Positions 27,095-36,758 of a DNA stretch of 64,000 nt are shown here, in pieces. Where the stretch lies: the NCBI GenBank assembly GCA_964349945.1, contig CAYGIH010000001.1:105306-169305 (forward strand). Reading direction: 5' to 3'. Under the pieces are notes generated by a model. That model did not search any database and was not told where the DNA came from. It saw only the letters and a program-made list of their open reading frames with translations. How positions within the stretch are numbered: the stretch's first letter is position 1; each line of letters opens with the position of its first letter. This DNA comes from an uncultured Candidatus Saccharibacteria bacterium. GTDB taxonomy: Bacteria > Patescibacteriota > Minisyncoccia > Phycocordibacterales > Zambryskibacteraceae. A program made the position numbers and the translations under genes.

Positions 27095-27421
27095 ATGAAA
27101 AAATATATTTCAGAGATTCATACCAAATCTCCAGAGCACAAAAAAAAGTTTGCACTTCTGGTTTCAGCGGGTATCACTCTTGTTATTTTTGGAGTTTGGG
27201 CTTTTGTGAAATTTAACGACCTTGCAAACAAGCCGGTAGTAGCAGAAAATAAACAACCAATAATAGAGGAAATAACTCCGATTTCAAATATTACTGATGG
27301 TATAGCTAACTCACTTGAAGCGATAAAAACTACTGCAGTTGATTTAAAAAGTAGTTTTGAAGAAGTAAATTTACAAAATCAAAATGGTAAGATAGATACA
27401 AGGAACACTAATGGCCAGTAA
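27095..27421 (+). CDS. hypothetical membrane-anchored protein
   Basis: Single N-terminal transmembrane segment ([19 protein letters not shown]). Overlaps the gyrA start by 11 nt. Confidence 0.4.
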   Translation: MKKYISEIHTKSPEHKKKFALLVSAGITLVIFGVWAFVKFNDLANKPVVAENKQPIIEEITPISNITDGIANSLEAIKTTAVDLKSSFEEVNLQNQNGKIDTRNTNGQ

Positions 27422-29882
27422 AGATATTAAAAAAGAAGACAATGTGACTCCGCCAACTCGAGAGAGTGCGGTTATTTCTCGTTCTATAGTCACAGAGATG
27501 AAAGAATCGTTTATTGACTATGCGATGTCCGTGATTACTGATCGTGCCCTTCCTGATGTTCGAGATGGATTAAAGCCTGTGCACCGTCGCATTTTGTTCT
27601 CCATGAATGAGAAAGGTTTGACCGCGAGTGCCAAGAGTCGCAAGTCAGCCACAGTAGTCGGAGATGTGCTTGGTTCGTATCACCCACACGGCGACGCTTC
27701 TGTTTATGATGCGATGGTTAAGCTTGCTCAAGATTTCTCTACTCGTTACCCACTCATCATTGGTCAAGGTAACTTCGGTTCTATAGATGGAGACGGTGCA
27801 GCTGCATATAGGTACACCGAGGCTAAAATGAGCAAACTTTCGAGTGAGCTGTTGGCTGATATAGAAAAGAACACAGTCGATTTCAAGGCCAACTACGATG
27901 GCACAAAAAAGGAACCAACTGTCTTACCTTCAGCACTTCCTAACTTACTTTTGAACGGTACTCTTGGAATTGCAGTCGGAATGGCCACGAATATTCCTCC
28001 ACACAACCTCACCGAAGTAATTGATGCGACGGTCAAACTTATAGATGAGCCAAGTTCAACAACAGAAGATTTACTTGAATCAGTTAAAGGTCCAGATTTT
28101 CCAACTGGCGGTATTATTTTTAACCAAAAAGAAATTCATCATGCTTATGCGACTGGTCGAGGAGGTATAGTCACTCGTGGAGTTGCAGATATCCAAGAAA
28201 ACAAAGCAGGCAATTTTCAAATTATCATTACGGAGATTCCTTATAGAGTAAACAAAGCCACTCTCATAGAGAAAATTGCTGATTTAATTCGAGAGAAAAA
28301 GATTGAAGGTATCAAGGGTCTCAGAGATGAATCAACTAAGGATATTCGTATAGCCATTGATCTTAAAACTGGCTCTCAACCCCAAAAGATTCTTAATTCA
28401 CTCTACAAATACACTCAACTCGAAGATACTTTCCATGTGAACATGGTCGCTCTGGTGGATGGGGTCCCTCAAACGTTGTCTTTGAAGACAATGCTCCAAG
28501 AATTTATTAAACATAGGCAGGTGGTGGTAAAGCGCCGAGCCGAATTTGATTTGGAAAAAGCACTTGCGCGTGAACACATCCTTCTTGGACTTTCTAAGGC
28601 ACTCGACCATATAGAGGAAGTCATCAAAATTATTCGTGCTTCAAAGTCAGTTGAAGATGCGAAGGCTAACCTCATGAAGAGATTTAAATTCTCTGACCTT
28701 CAGGCGAATGCTATCCTTGAAATGCGTCTTCAGAAATTGGCTGGTTTGGAGAGAAAGAAAGTTGAAGATGAACTCAAGGAAGTACAAGCGCTCATAGAAG
28801 AACTCAAGACTCTTTTGGCCTCTGCGAAGAAAATGCTTGCTGTGGTTAAAACAGAATTAATCGCTGCCAGGGAAAAATATGGAGACGATAGACGCACAAA
28901 AGTGATAAAGGGAGGGGCAAAAATACTTTCTGTAGAAGATATGATTGCAGATGAAGAAAACGCACTCGTTCTAACTTCTGGTGGATATATCAAACGAACT
29001 AATCCAGATGAATACAAGAAACAAAAACGCGGAGGAGTTGGAGTGGTAGATTTGGACACTAAAGAAGAAGATTTCGTCACTCATTTCCTCACCGCTTCAA
29101 CTCATTCTGATTTACTCTTCTTCACAGATAAAGGTAAGGCCTACCAAATCAAGATGTATGACATCCCAGAAGGCAAACGAGCCACAAAAGGTAAATCTAT
29201 AATGAATTTCATATCTCTTTCTGATGATGAGAAGATTACTTCTATTTTGCCTATGTCTAAGGAAGCAAAGAATATTGAAGGAGCACTCCTAATGGTCACT
29301 GAACAGGGTACAGCCAAAAAAGTTGATGCCAAGTCATTCCATGATGTCCGTTCATCAGGAATTATAGCCATCAAATTAGCCACAGGAGATAAACTTGTTT
29401 CTGTGTCTTTGGTTATCAAGGGAGATGATGCCACTATTGTGACCAAGGACGGTCAATCTATAAGGTTTAAGGAATCTGATATAAGGGAAATGGGACGTGG
29501 TGCCGCTGGAGTTCGAGGGATTAAACTTTCTAAAGGAGACAAAGTAGTGGGTGCTCATGAGATAAAGAAAGAGTGGAAGGATGCACACCTCCTTGTAATT
29601 TCTGCCAACGGTTATGGTAAACGTACAGAACTTTCTGAATATAAGGTTCAAGGCAGAGGCGGCTCAGGTATTTTGACTTCAAAGGTGACGAGCAAAACAG
29701 GCAATGTGATGGCCTCACAAATTGTGACTGAGGAAAGTGAAGAGGTGGTGGCAATTTCAAAGAAATCTCAAGTAGTTCGGGTGGATATAAAAGAAATTCC
29801 AGTTCTCGGTCGTCAGACTCAAGGAGTTCGCATCATGAAGCTCCGTGATGGTGATACCCTCGCATCAGTTATTTGTTTGTAG
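27411..29882 (+). CDS. gyrA: DNA gyrase subunit A
   Basis: [25 protein letters not shown] (includes the active-site Tyr region), C-terminal beta-pinwheel repeats. 823 aa. Confidence 0.95.
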   Translation: MASKDIKKEDNVTPPTRESAVISRSIVTEMKESFIDYAMSVITDRALPDVRDGLKPVHRRILFSMNEKGLTASAKSRKSATVVGDVLGSYHPHGDASVYDAMVKLAQDFSTRYPLIIGQGNFGSIDGDGAAAYRYTEAKMSKLSSELLADIEKNTVDFKANYDGTKKEPTVLPSALPNLLLNGTLGIAVGMATNIPPHNLTEVIDATVKLIDEPSSTTEDLLESVKGPDFPTGGIIFNQKEIHHAYATGRGGIVTRGVADIQENKAGNFQIIITEIPYRVNKATLIEKIADLIREKKIEGIKGLRDESTKDIRIAIDLKTGSQPQKILNSLYKYTQLEDTFHVNMVALVDGVPQTLSLKTMLQEFIKHRQVVVKRRAEFDLEKALAREHILLGLSKALDHIEEVIKIIRASKSVEDAKANLMKRFKFSDLQANAILEMRLQKLAGLERKKVEDELKEVQALIEELKTLLASAKKMLAVVKTELIAAREKYGDDRRTKVIKGGAKILSVEDMIADEENALVLTSGGYIKRTNPDEYKKQKRGGVGVVDLDTKEEDFVTHFLTASTHSDLLFFTDKGKAYQIKMYDIPEGKRATKGKSIMNFISLSDDEKITSILPMSKEAKNIEGALLMVTEQGTAKKVDAKSFHDVRSSGIIAIKLATGDKLVSVSLVIKGDDATIVTKDGQSIRFKESDIREMGRGAAGVRGIKLSKGDKVVGAHEIKKEWKDAHLLVISANGYGKRTELSEYKVQGRGGSGILTSKVTSKTGNVMASQIVTEESEEVVAISKKSQVVRVDIKEIPVLGRQTQGVRIMKLRDGDTLASVICL

Positions 29883-29897
29883 TGGTACAATTAACAT

Positions 29898-30434
29898 ATG
29901 TTTTCTGATCCAGAAGAGAATGTTCATGAATTTGGATTCCTTGCAGGACAAGCTGTGGCGGATTTTGGTTCTGGGGCAGGGCACTATACCTTCGCACTAT
30001 CTAGAGTTCTTGGCCCAAATGGTCGGGTCTTTGCGGTGGATATCCAAGAGGAAATGCTCACACATTTATCCATTGAACTCAAAAAAAATAATATTGAAAA
30101 TGTGCGGGTAGTACTAGGAGATGTAGAAAAGATAGAAGGAACACATTTGAAGGATGATTATGTAGATGGAGTGGTTTTCTCAAATATCCTTTTTCAACTT
30201 AGAGATAAAGAAAGCGCAGTAAATGAGGCTTTTAGAATTCTAAAATCTGGAGGACGAGTCTGTATTGTTGAATGGCACGACCTTTCATTTTTGGCTGGGG
30301 TCAAAAGTGCTGGCAAAAAAGTAGTGGTCACAGAAGCAGAGGCTAGAAATTTATTTCAAGGAGTTGGCTTTAAATTCGAAAGGGTTTTCGAAGCCGGAGA
30401 TCATCACTACGGTCTCATTTTTAAAAAACCCTAG
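29898..30434 (+). CDS. class I SAM-dependent methyltransferase (small)
   Basis: VADFGSGAGHYT…VFAVDIQEEML…GGRVCIVEW resemble methyltransferase motifs I, II and post-I. Confidence 0.65.
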   Translation: MFSDPEENVHEFGFLAGQAVADFGSGAGHYTFALSRVLGPNGRVFAVDIQEEMLTHLSIELKKNNIENVRVVLGDVEKIEGTHLKDDYVDGVVFSNILFQLRDKESAVNEAFRILKSGGRVCIVEWHDLSFLAGVKSAGKKVVVTEAEARNLFQGVGFKFERVFEAGDHHYGLIFKKP

Positions 30435-30466
30435 TCATACGACCAAGTAGTGGTAGAATAATATAA

Positions 30467-31750
30467 ATGTCCAAGTTTCAATTAATCCTTCTTTCAATCT
30501 TCGGAGCCTTTATTGTGATAGGAGTTATCGCGTTTTCAATGTCCAAAGGCGGAGGCGTATCTTCAACTACTACTGTCATCTGGGGAGACATCGCAGGAGA
30601 TGCCTTTAATAGGACGATTACTGGTCTTGGAGGAGGAGATACTGGTTTGCCTCGTATTCAATATGTTTATAAACCAGCGGACACCTTTTCTGCTGATTTG
30701 ACTGAAGCCATAGCTACAGGCAGTGGACCAGATTTGGTTATTATGAGCATCTCTGGTATAGAAAAAAACAAAAATAAAATATTAGTTATCCCTGAATCAA
30801 GTTTGAGTCAAGGTGATTTTAAGAACACCTTTATCCAAGAAGGAGAACTACTTGTGACCGCTGGTGGTGTTTATGGATTGCCTCTTGTGGTTGATCCAAT
30901 GGTGCTTTATTGGAATAGAGATTTGTTTGATAAGGCTGCCCTTGTCGCACCCATCGAGTATTGGGACAAGATATATGATGATGCGGTAAAACTTACAGAA
31001 AAGGATACAGCCGGCAATATTAAAAAGAGCGCCATCGCAATGGGGGAAACAAAAAATATCCTCAATAGCAAAAGCATCATGACTCTTCTCCTTCTTCAGG
31101 CCGGTTCCCCTATTACTCTTTTCCAAAACGATAGACATTATGCAGTTTTGACTGAGAGATTTAACCTACCACTGTTACCCGCAGCAGCAGCTATAGATTT
31201 TTATACCCAATTTGCCAACCCAACAAAACGCTTTTATACGTGGAACTCTTCTCTCTTACCAGCTCAAACCTCTTTCACCTCAGGTAATTCCGCGATGTAT
31301 TTAGGTTTTGCCAGTGAGTTAGGGATATTAAAAGCCAAGAATCCGACTTTGAATTTAGGAGTGGCATTGGTTCCTCAATCTCGTGTATCAGATAAGAAGA
31401 TTACTTTTGGGAAGCTTGAAGCGGTGGCCGTGCTCAAGAGTAGCAAGAATATTACAGGTGCCTTTAGTTCGGCGATGAATATTGTGTCCAAAGACAATGC
31501 TTCAACTCTTACAAATACAATTTCACTTCCTCCTGCAAGGAGAGATTTACTCGCAGTACCTCCAAACAATTATTTCCAATCAATATTTTATACAGCTGCT
31601 ATTCAATCCAGAGGTTGGCTTGATCCAGATGAGAAGAAGACAACAACTATCTTTGCAGATATGATTGATGGAGTGACTTCTGGTCGAGCTAATACCCAAG
31701 AGGCTATCAATGTAGCTAATACAGCTATTGATTCACTTATAAACCCATAA
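30467..31750 (+). CDS. membrane-anchored extracellular solute-binding protein (ABC-type, family 1-like)
   Basis: N-terminal transmembrane anchor and an SBP-like core (…GLPLVVDPMVLYWNRDLFDKAAL…). No adjacent permease genes. Confidence 0.5.
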   Translation: MSKFQLILLSIFGAFIVIGVIAFSMSKGGGVSSTTTVIWGDIAGDAFNRTITGLGGGDTGLPRIQYVYKPADTFSADLTEAIATGSGPDLVIMSISGIEKNKNKILVIPESSLSQGDFKNTFIQEGELLVTAGGVYGLPLVVDPMVLYWNRDLFDKAALVAPIEYWDKIYDDAVKLTEKDTAGNIKKSAIAMGETKNILNSKSIMTLLLLQAGSPITLFQNDRHYAVLTERFNLPLLPAAAAIDFYTQFANPTKRFYTWNSSLLPAQTSFTSGNSAMYLGFASELGILKAKNPTLNLGVALVPQSRVSDKKITFGKLEAVAVLKSSKNITGAFSSAMNIVSKDNASTLTNTISLPPARRDLLAVPPNNYFQSIFYTAAIQSRGWLDPDEKKTTTIFADMIDGVTSGRANTQEAINVANTAIDSLINP

Positions 31751-32151
31751 TGAAAAGAATATATCCACAAATAATTGCGACTTTAATACTAACTGTGGTT
31801 GTTTTGATTCCATATACAGTCTCAGCTCAGTTTGGAAATTTTATAAAATGTGGGGATGACCCAGTCGCAAATCCTTGCGAGTTCAATGATTTAGTTACTT
31901 TGGTCACTGATGTAATCAATGGTCTCATTAAACTAGCCACTCTCATCACCACTGGAGTTTTGGCATACGCAGGATTTAAAATGATTTTCTCTGGTGGAGA
32001 TGAGGGTGCGTATAAAGATGCGAAGGAGATGGCCCTGAAGACGGTTAAGGGTTATTTGTGGATACTGGTGGCCTGGACTCTGGTTTATACTATAACCAAT
32101 GTGCTGCTTGATCCAAATAATTACACTAATTTATTAGGTAGCCCAAATTAA
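31750..32151 (+). CDS. small secreted two-TM protein, pilin-like (TrbC/VirB2/T4SS-pilin-like), paralog 1
   Basis: Sec signal peptide (…YTVSA|QFG), a Cys pair in the N-terminal region, and two hydrophobic helices separated by a charged loop. Confidence 0.5.
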   Translation: MKRIYPQIIATLILTVVVLIPYTVSAQFGNFIKCGDDPVANPCEFNDLVTLVTDVINGLIKLATLITTGVLAYAGFKMIFSGGDEGAYKDAKEMALKTVKGYLWILVAWTLVYTITNVLLDPNNYTNLLGSPN

Positions 32152-32519
32152 TGAAAAAATTTATTCCTTCAGTGCTTGCGTTTGTTTTCTTGGCTGGTAT
32201 ATCTGTGACACTTTTGAATGTTCATGCAGCAGTTGATGCTGGGGCAAAGTTAGATAATCCATTCAGGACAGGGGGAAACCTTGAGGAGCTCTTTGTGATG
32301 ATTCTAAACAACGTAGTCGTACCTATTGGAGCAGTGGCTGTGGTTGTTGGTTTTATTTATACAGGATTTCTATTTGTGCAGGCACAAGGCAGTGAAAAGG
32401 AATTACCTAAAGCCAGAGAAGCATTAAAAAATACCGTTATTGGGGCCATCATCCTATTAGGAGCAGGAGTAATAGCTAGCGTTATAGGTAATACTATTAA
32501 TCAGCTTAGAACACCATGA
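32151..32519 (+). CDS. small secreted two-TM pilin-like protein, paralog 2
   Basis: Signal peptide (…LLNVHA|AV), NPFRTGGNLEELF, and two transmembrane helices with a GSEKELPKAREALK loop. Confidence 0.5.
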   Translation: MKKFIPSVLAFVFLAGISVTLLNVHAAVDAGAKLDNPFRTGGNLEELFVMILNNVVVPIGAVAVVVGFIYTGFLFVQAQGSEKELPKAREALKNTVIGAIILLGAGVIASVIGNTINQLRTP

Positions 32520-32818
32520 CCACCGACCCAAGGAATTTCACACAAATAGTTGGTTCAATACTTGATTTGATTTCTTTGGCTGTGCCGGTGCTTGCTGGGG
32601 CGGCTTTGTTAGTGTTCTTTTGGGGGTTGGTGAAGTTTATTTGGAAATCAGGGGATGAAGCCAGTCATGAAGAAGGCAAAAATTTGATGAAATGGGGGAT
32701 TATCGCTTTATTTATAATGGTTTCTTATGTAAGCATAGTGCAATTTCTATACATAGGTTTTGGCTTCGGTGATGGTAATAGTTTTGGTATACCCCAACTA
32801 CCCACTAACAATAGGTAA
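32516..32818 (+). CDS. small two-TM pilin-like protein, paralog 3 (no signal peptide)
   Basis: Shares FFWGLVKFIWKSGDE…KNLMKWGIIALFIMVS with paralogs 4 and 5. Confidence 0.5.
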   Translation: MTTDPRNFTQIVGSILDLISLAVPVLAGAALLVFFWGLVKFIWKSGDEASHEEGKNLMKWGIIALFIMVSYVSIVQFLYIGFGFGDGNSFGIPQLPTNNR

Positions 32819-32819
32819 T

Positions 32820-33203
32820 ATGAAAAAGTATTTTAGTTCAATTGTTTTACTTACATTAAGTAGTGTTCCTGTTCAAGTTTTTGGGGCGACCAGAGGATTT
32901 AGAGAAGTTTTACTTGAAGCGCAAGGGATTATAGATAAGTCAGTCATTATTGTTGTTGGGTTGGCTATTTTAGCTTTGTTTTGGGGTTTAGCAAAGTTTA
33001 TATGGAAATCTGGAGAAAGTGACTATGTAGAAGGGTTAAATATTATCAAATACAGTATTTTGGCAATTTTTATTATGGTTTCTATTTGGAGCATTGTTGG
33101 ATTTTTACAAACAGGCTTTGGTTTGGAGCCTACGACTACTATCGGAGAAAGTGCTCCGTGTTATGACCCATTTGGTCGTCCTACCGGTAATCCCGGTTGC
33201 TAG
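32820..33203 (+). CDS. small secreted two-TM pilin-like protein, paralog 4
   Basis: Start at MKKYF (signal peptide). LFWGLAKFIWKSGESDYVEGLNIIKYSILAIFIMVS. C-terminal Cys pair. Confidence 0.5.
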   Translation: MKKYFSSIVLLTLSSVPVQVFGATRGFREVLLEAQGIIDKSVIIVVGLAILALFWGLAKFIWKSGESDYVEGLNIIKYSILAIFIMVSIWSIVGFLQTGFGLEPTTTIGESAPCYDPFGRPTGNPGC

Positions 33204-33308
33204 TTGGTTATTCCTCCACAGCTGTTGTTAGTGCTTGTTTATATTTGGGGTATAATATAGTACATACCATTTATAGGTATATTAAAATTAATTTCAATAT
33301 TCTACACA

Positions 33309-33655
33309 TGAAAAGATTCTTAGTTATTGGTCTCGCAGCAGTTCCAGCTATTGCGTTTGGTGCGTCAACCAGCGGGTTTGACTCGTTCTTGAATTCAGTA
33401 AAGGGAACAGTAGACAAACTCATTCCTTTCCTAGTTGGTCTTGCTCTTTTAGGATTTTTCTGGGGTTTGGTAAAATTTATCTTCCAAGGTAACAAGGATG
33501 AAGATAGTAGAACAGAGGCAAAGAACATGATGATTTATGCCATCATTGCTCTATTCGTTATGACAGCAGTTTGGGGGCTCGTAGGATTCCTAGGCACTGC
33601 AATAGGTATTGATCAAGGAGGATCAGTTAACCTTCCAAGAACTCCATCTCTATAA
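33309..33655 (+). CDS. small secreted two-TM pilin-like protein, paralog 5
   Basis: Start at MKRFLVIG (signal peptide …AFG|AS). FFWGLVKFIFQGNKDEDSRTEAKNMMIYAIIALFVMT. Confidence 0.5.
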
Positions 33656-33660
33656 TCTAA

Positions 33661-33939
33661 ATGGCAGCAGCAGAGATTACCATTGTGCCTTTCCTGCATA
33701 AGGTTAATGCTGTGATTCTAAATCCAGTCATTAAACTTGCGTTCGCTATAGCCATTTTGATTTTCTTTTATGGCATCTTCGAGTTTATACAAAAAGAAAC
33801 AGGAGATAAAGATAGAGAGAAAGGTAAGGATAAGATAAAATGGGGGCTCGTAGGGATGCTTATAATGTTTAGTGCTTATGGCATCATAAATCTCATATTA
33901 GGGACGTTCAATTTCCCGAAGCCGGATATCCTCCCTTAG
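33661..33939 (+). CDS. small two-TM pilin-like protein, paralog 6
   Basis: FFYGIFEFIQKETGDKDREKGKDKIKWGLVGMLIMFS has the same architecture as the others. Confidence 0.45.
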   Translation: MAAAEITIVPFLHKVNAVILNPVIKLAFAIAILIFFYGIFEFIQKETGDKDREKGKDKIKWGLVGMLIMFSAYGIINLILGTFNFPKPDILP

Positions 33940-34006
33940 GATTACAAAATAACTCCCAAACGGGAGTTTTTTGTAATAGAGGAAGTATAAGTGCTAAGAT
34001 AAATAT

Positions 34007-35845
34007 ATGAAATTCAATGTACAGGAGGACAACTACACCCTTCAGGGGTTTTTAAATTTCTCAAAATTATTAAAAACTCTAAAAAAATCAATTGATTTTG
34101 TTTCTAGATATGAAAGCAAAAATCTTCTTATATTGATTCTATTAGCCACAATTTCTGCTGTTGTTCCATATCTTCAGAATGGACTTTTTGGCAAGCTTAT
34201 AGACGCAACCATTGAATACAAGAACACTGGTTTGGGTTTAAGAGGGATTTTAATCACAGTAGCTTTTTTGATTGGTGTGACCATCCTTCCAAATATTATA
34301 GGTTTAATAAAAAGTTTTGTTAGTTCAAATTTTAGATTTAATACCTTAAGGAATTTAAATTTATATTTTCTCAAAAAAATAAGTACTTTTGATATAGCTA
34401 CGATTGAGAACACTGAATATCAAGAATTAACTCAAAAGGCTGGCGAGAGAGGTCATGGCAGCATTTATGATTTTATCAGATTTTCTATTGATAATTATTC
34501 AAATTTTATTGGTGTTTTAGTGTCGTTTATTATTTTGGGTTTTATAGATAGGACCTTATTAATTTATGCTTTTGTTGGTTCTCTTCCTGCTCTTTATGTT
34601 CAGCTTAGATATGGCAAGGATATTTTTTGGATATGGGATTTAAACTCCAGCAATAGAAGAAAATTCTTTAAAAGAAGAGGCTATTTTACTGGTGTGGTGT
34701 CACTCACAGAGATGAAATTGTATCAATTGGCCAAGAGATTTTTGTCAGAAATTACTAAATTACATGATTGTTTTGATGATGAACTAAAACAAGCAGAAAA
34801 AAGCAAACTCGGATGGGAATTGTTTGCCCTGACTGTATTCGGACTATTTCTAGGACTTGGAGTGTGGAGGATTGTTCATCTGACCCTTATAGGCCAACTT
34901 TTAATCGGACAAATGCTCTTCGCATATACTACCTATAGAGGTTTCAAGGGCACTCTATCAGAATTTTTTAGACAAATTGGTTGGATGACTGAGTTTGGAA
35001 ATTATGCCAGATATTGGTTTCAAATTGATGATATTAAACCTAAAATACAAAATATTCGCAACGCAGAAAAAGTTGATTTTAGAAAAGATCCTCCAAGGAT
35101 AGAATTCAAAAACGTATCATTTAAGTATGATGAAAAAGGGGAAAAATTAGCGCTGGATGATTTATCTTTCATTATTGAACCAGGAGAGAAATTGGCTATT
35201 GTTGGTTTAAGTGGAGCGGGGAAGACTACTTTAATTAAATTGCTTTGTCGTATATATGATCCAAATCAAGGGCAAATATTGATTAACGGGAGGGATTTGA
35301 AAGAGATTGATTTGGAATCATGGCACAGACAACTCGGTGTATTGTTCCAAGATTTCGTAGATTATGAATTTAAGGTAAAAGAGGTGATTGCGTTCGGTAA
35401 TTCTGAGATTACCCCAACTGACAAAAATATCGAGAAGGCTGCCAAAATGGCCAAGGCAAATGTCTTCATTGAAAGATTACCTAAAAAATACGATCAGCTT
35501 TTATGGAAGGGTTTTGAGGATGGAGTTAGTTTGTCCAAAGGAGAGAAACAACGTATGGCCTTGGCCAGAGTGCTTTATAGAGAGTCTCCAATCACTATTT
35601 TAGATGAACCAACTGCCTCTGTGGATGCCCTTTCTGAACAAGAAATTTTTGATACTTTAGAGAATCTTCCAAAGAATAAAACAGTTATTCTCATTTCTCA
35701 TAGATTCAGCACAGTAAAAAATACAGATAAAATTTTGGTAATTGAATATGGCAAGCTTATTGAACAAGGAAACCATACTAAATTAATGAAAGAAAAAGGT
35801 CGATATTCTGAGCTGTATAAAATTCAAGCTGAAAGCTATAAATAA
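34007..35845 (+). CDS. ABC exporter, fused transmembrane-domain plus ATPase half-transporter (MsbA/type I exporter-like)
   Basis: Six N-terminal transmembrane helices, Walker A GLSGAGKTT, signature LSKGEKQR, Walker B ILDEPTASVD. No peptidase C39 domain. Confidence 0.8.
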   Translation: MKFNVQEDNYTLQGFLNFSKLLKTLKKSIDFVSRYESKNLLILILLATISAVVPYLQNGLFGKLIDATIEYKNTGLGLRGILITVAFLIGVTILPNIIGLIKSFVSSNFRFNTLRNLNLYFLKKISTFDIATIENTEYQELTQKAGERGHGSIYDFIRFSIDNYSNFIGVLVSFIILGFIDRTLLIYAFVGSLPALYVQLRYGKDIFWIWDLNSSNRRKFFKRRGYFTGVVSLTEMKLYQLAKRFLSEITKLHDCFDDELKQAEKSKLGWELFALTVFGLFLGLGVWRIVHLTLIGQLLIGQMLFAYTTYRGFKGTLSEFFRQIGWMTEFGNYARYWFQIDDIKPKIQNIRNAEKVDFRKDPPRIEFKNVSFKYDEKGEKLALDDLSFIIEPGEKLAIVGLSGAGKTTLIKLLCRIYDPNQGQILINGRDLKEIDLESWHRQLGVLFQDFVDYEFKVKEVIAFGNSEITPTDKNIEKAAKMAKANVFIERLPKKYDQLLWKGFEDGVSLSKGEKQRMALARVLYRESPITILDEPTASVDALSEQEIFDTLENLPKNKTVILISHRFSTVKNTDKILVIEYGKLIEQGNHTKLMKEKGRYSELYKIQAESYK

Positions 35846-35849
35846 TTAT

Positions 35850-35933
35850 TGGTGCCGGGGAGAGGACTTGAACCTCCATGAGTTGCCTCGCTAGTTCCTA
35901 AAACTAGTGCGTCTACCATTTCGCCACCCCGGC
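35850..35933 (-). tRNA. tRNA-Leu (anticodon TAG), CCA encoded
   Basis: The reverse complement reads GCCGGGGTGGCGAAATGGTAGAC…CTAGT-TTTAGGA-ACTAG, a long variable arm, …GGTTCAAGTCC…CCCCGGCACCA. Confidence 0.8.
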
Positions 35934-35938
35934 AGTGA

Positions 35939-35990
35939 ACTTGTGCGCCCGAACTACGTCCTGGGCGACTTCGCTCGGAGATATCCAAAA
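35939..35990 (-). repeat. partial duplicate of the tRNA-Lys 3' end / tRNA-like fragment
   Basis: cttgtgcgccc at 35939-35949 repeats 36014-36024. The fragment gcgcccgaactacgtcctgggcga forms a T-arm-like hairpin. Confidence 0.4.
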
Positions 35991-36018
35991 GTAAACTTTT
36001 GTCTACCTCACTCGCTTG

Positions 36019-36091
36019 TGCGCCCAGTAGGAGTCGAACCTACGACCATCTCCTTAAGAGGGAGCTGCTCTACCAGCTGAGCTATGGGCGC
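36019..36091 (-). tRNA. tRNA-Lys (anticodon CTT)
   Basis: The reverse complement reads GCGCCCATAGCTCAGCTGGTAGAGC…CTCTTAA…GGTTCGACTCC…TGGGCGC-A. Confidence 0.65.
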
Positions 36092-36158
36092 TCGAATGTA
36101 GAGTATCGCAAATTTCTGACGATTTTTCAATCGTTTTATGATAATGTAGATTCTGTTC

Positions 36159-36229
36159 GGCCTAGTAGCCAAGTGGTAAGGCACGGCTCTGCAAAAGCTT
36201 CATCGGCGGTTCGATTCCGCCCTAGGCCT
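36159..36229 (+). tRNA. tRNA-Cys (anticodon GCA)
   Basis: GGCCTAG…GCCAAGTGGTAAGGC…CTGCAAA…GGCGG-TTCGATT-CCGCC-CTAGGCC-T. Confidence 0.7.
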
Positions 36230-36265
36230 CCCGAACAGTTTGTGTTTATAATAACTGTGAGGCAC

Positions 36266-36351
36266 GCCCAGGTGGTGGAATGGTATACACGGAGGACTTA
36301 AAATCCTCTGGTCGCAAGACCTTGTGGGTTCGAGTCCCACCCTGGGCACCA
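36266..36351 (+). tRNA. tRNA-Leu (anticodon TAA), CCA encoded
   Basis: GCCCAGG…GAGGA-CTTAAAA-TCCTC, long variable arm, GTGGGTTCGAGTCCCAC-CCTGGGC-ACCA. Confidence 0.85.
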
Positions 36352-36353
36352 GC

Positions 36354-36424
36354 GCGAGGTTAGTTTAGTGGTAGAACTGGTGCTTCCCAAGCATCGGGCG
36401 CGAGTTCGATTCTCGCACCTCGCA
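36354..36424 (+). tRNA. tRNA-Gly (anticodon CCC)
   Basis: GCGAGGT…GGTGC-TTCCCAA-GCATC…GCGAG-TTCGATT-CTCGC-ACCTCGC-A. Confidence 0.8.
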
Positions 36425-36428
36425 CCGA

Positions 36429-36758
36429 TTAATTAGCTTCGTTTGTAATCTCGTCCAATCTTTGTCTATTCCTTTCACCATAGTCAATTCTCCAAGTGAA
36501 GTGGGGAACAATACCTATTTTGGATTTATTCCTTATATATTCATTAAGTTCTCCACCTTTACGAACTAAAAATTTAAGAACGGTATCTTCTTGATTTTCA
36601 GGGATAGTAGTGAAGAAAAAGTTAGCAGATTTTCCTGACTCATTTAGTTCTACTCGAGTAACAGTGATAAGAGAAGAAGGTGTAGATTCTCTAAGGACAA
36701 AATCAGCAGCCAGTTTGTGGAGAATTTCTGCAGTTCTTTCTTTTTTTATAGGTTTCAT
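36429..36758 (-). CDS. rbfA: ribosome-binding factor A
   Basis: 109 aa. KH-like RbfA pattern (…LITVTRVELNESGKSANFFFT…). Directly downstream of infB, the canonical arrangement. Confidence 0.75.
   Translation of the reverse strand: MKPIKKERTAEILHKLAADFVLRESTPSSLITVTRVELNESGKSANFFFTTIPENQEDTVLKFLVRKGGELNEYIRNKSKIGIVPHFTWRIDYGERNRQRLDEITNEAN

Noticed and set aside
35999-36301. ORF 35999-36301 (+) spanning tRNA-Lys, tRNA-Cys and tRNA-Leu
   Set aside because: It reads straight through three tRNA genes, so it is spurious.
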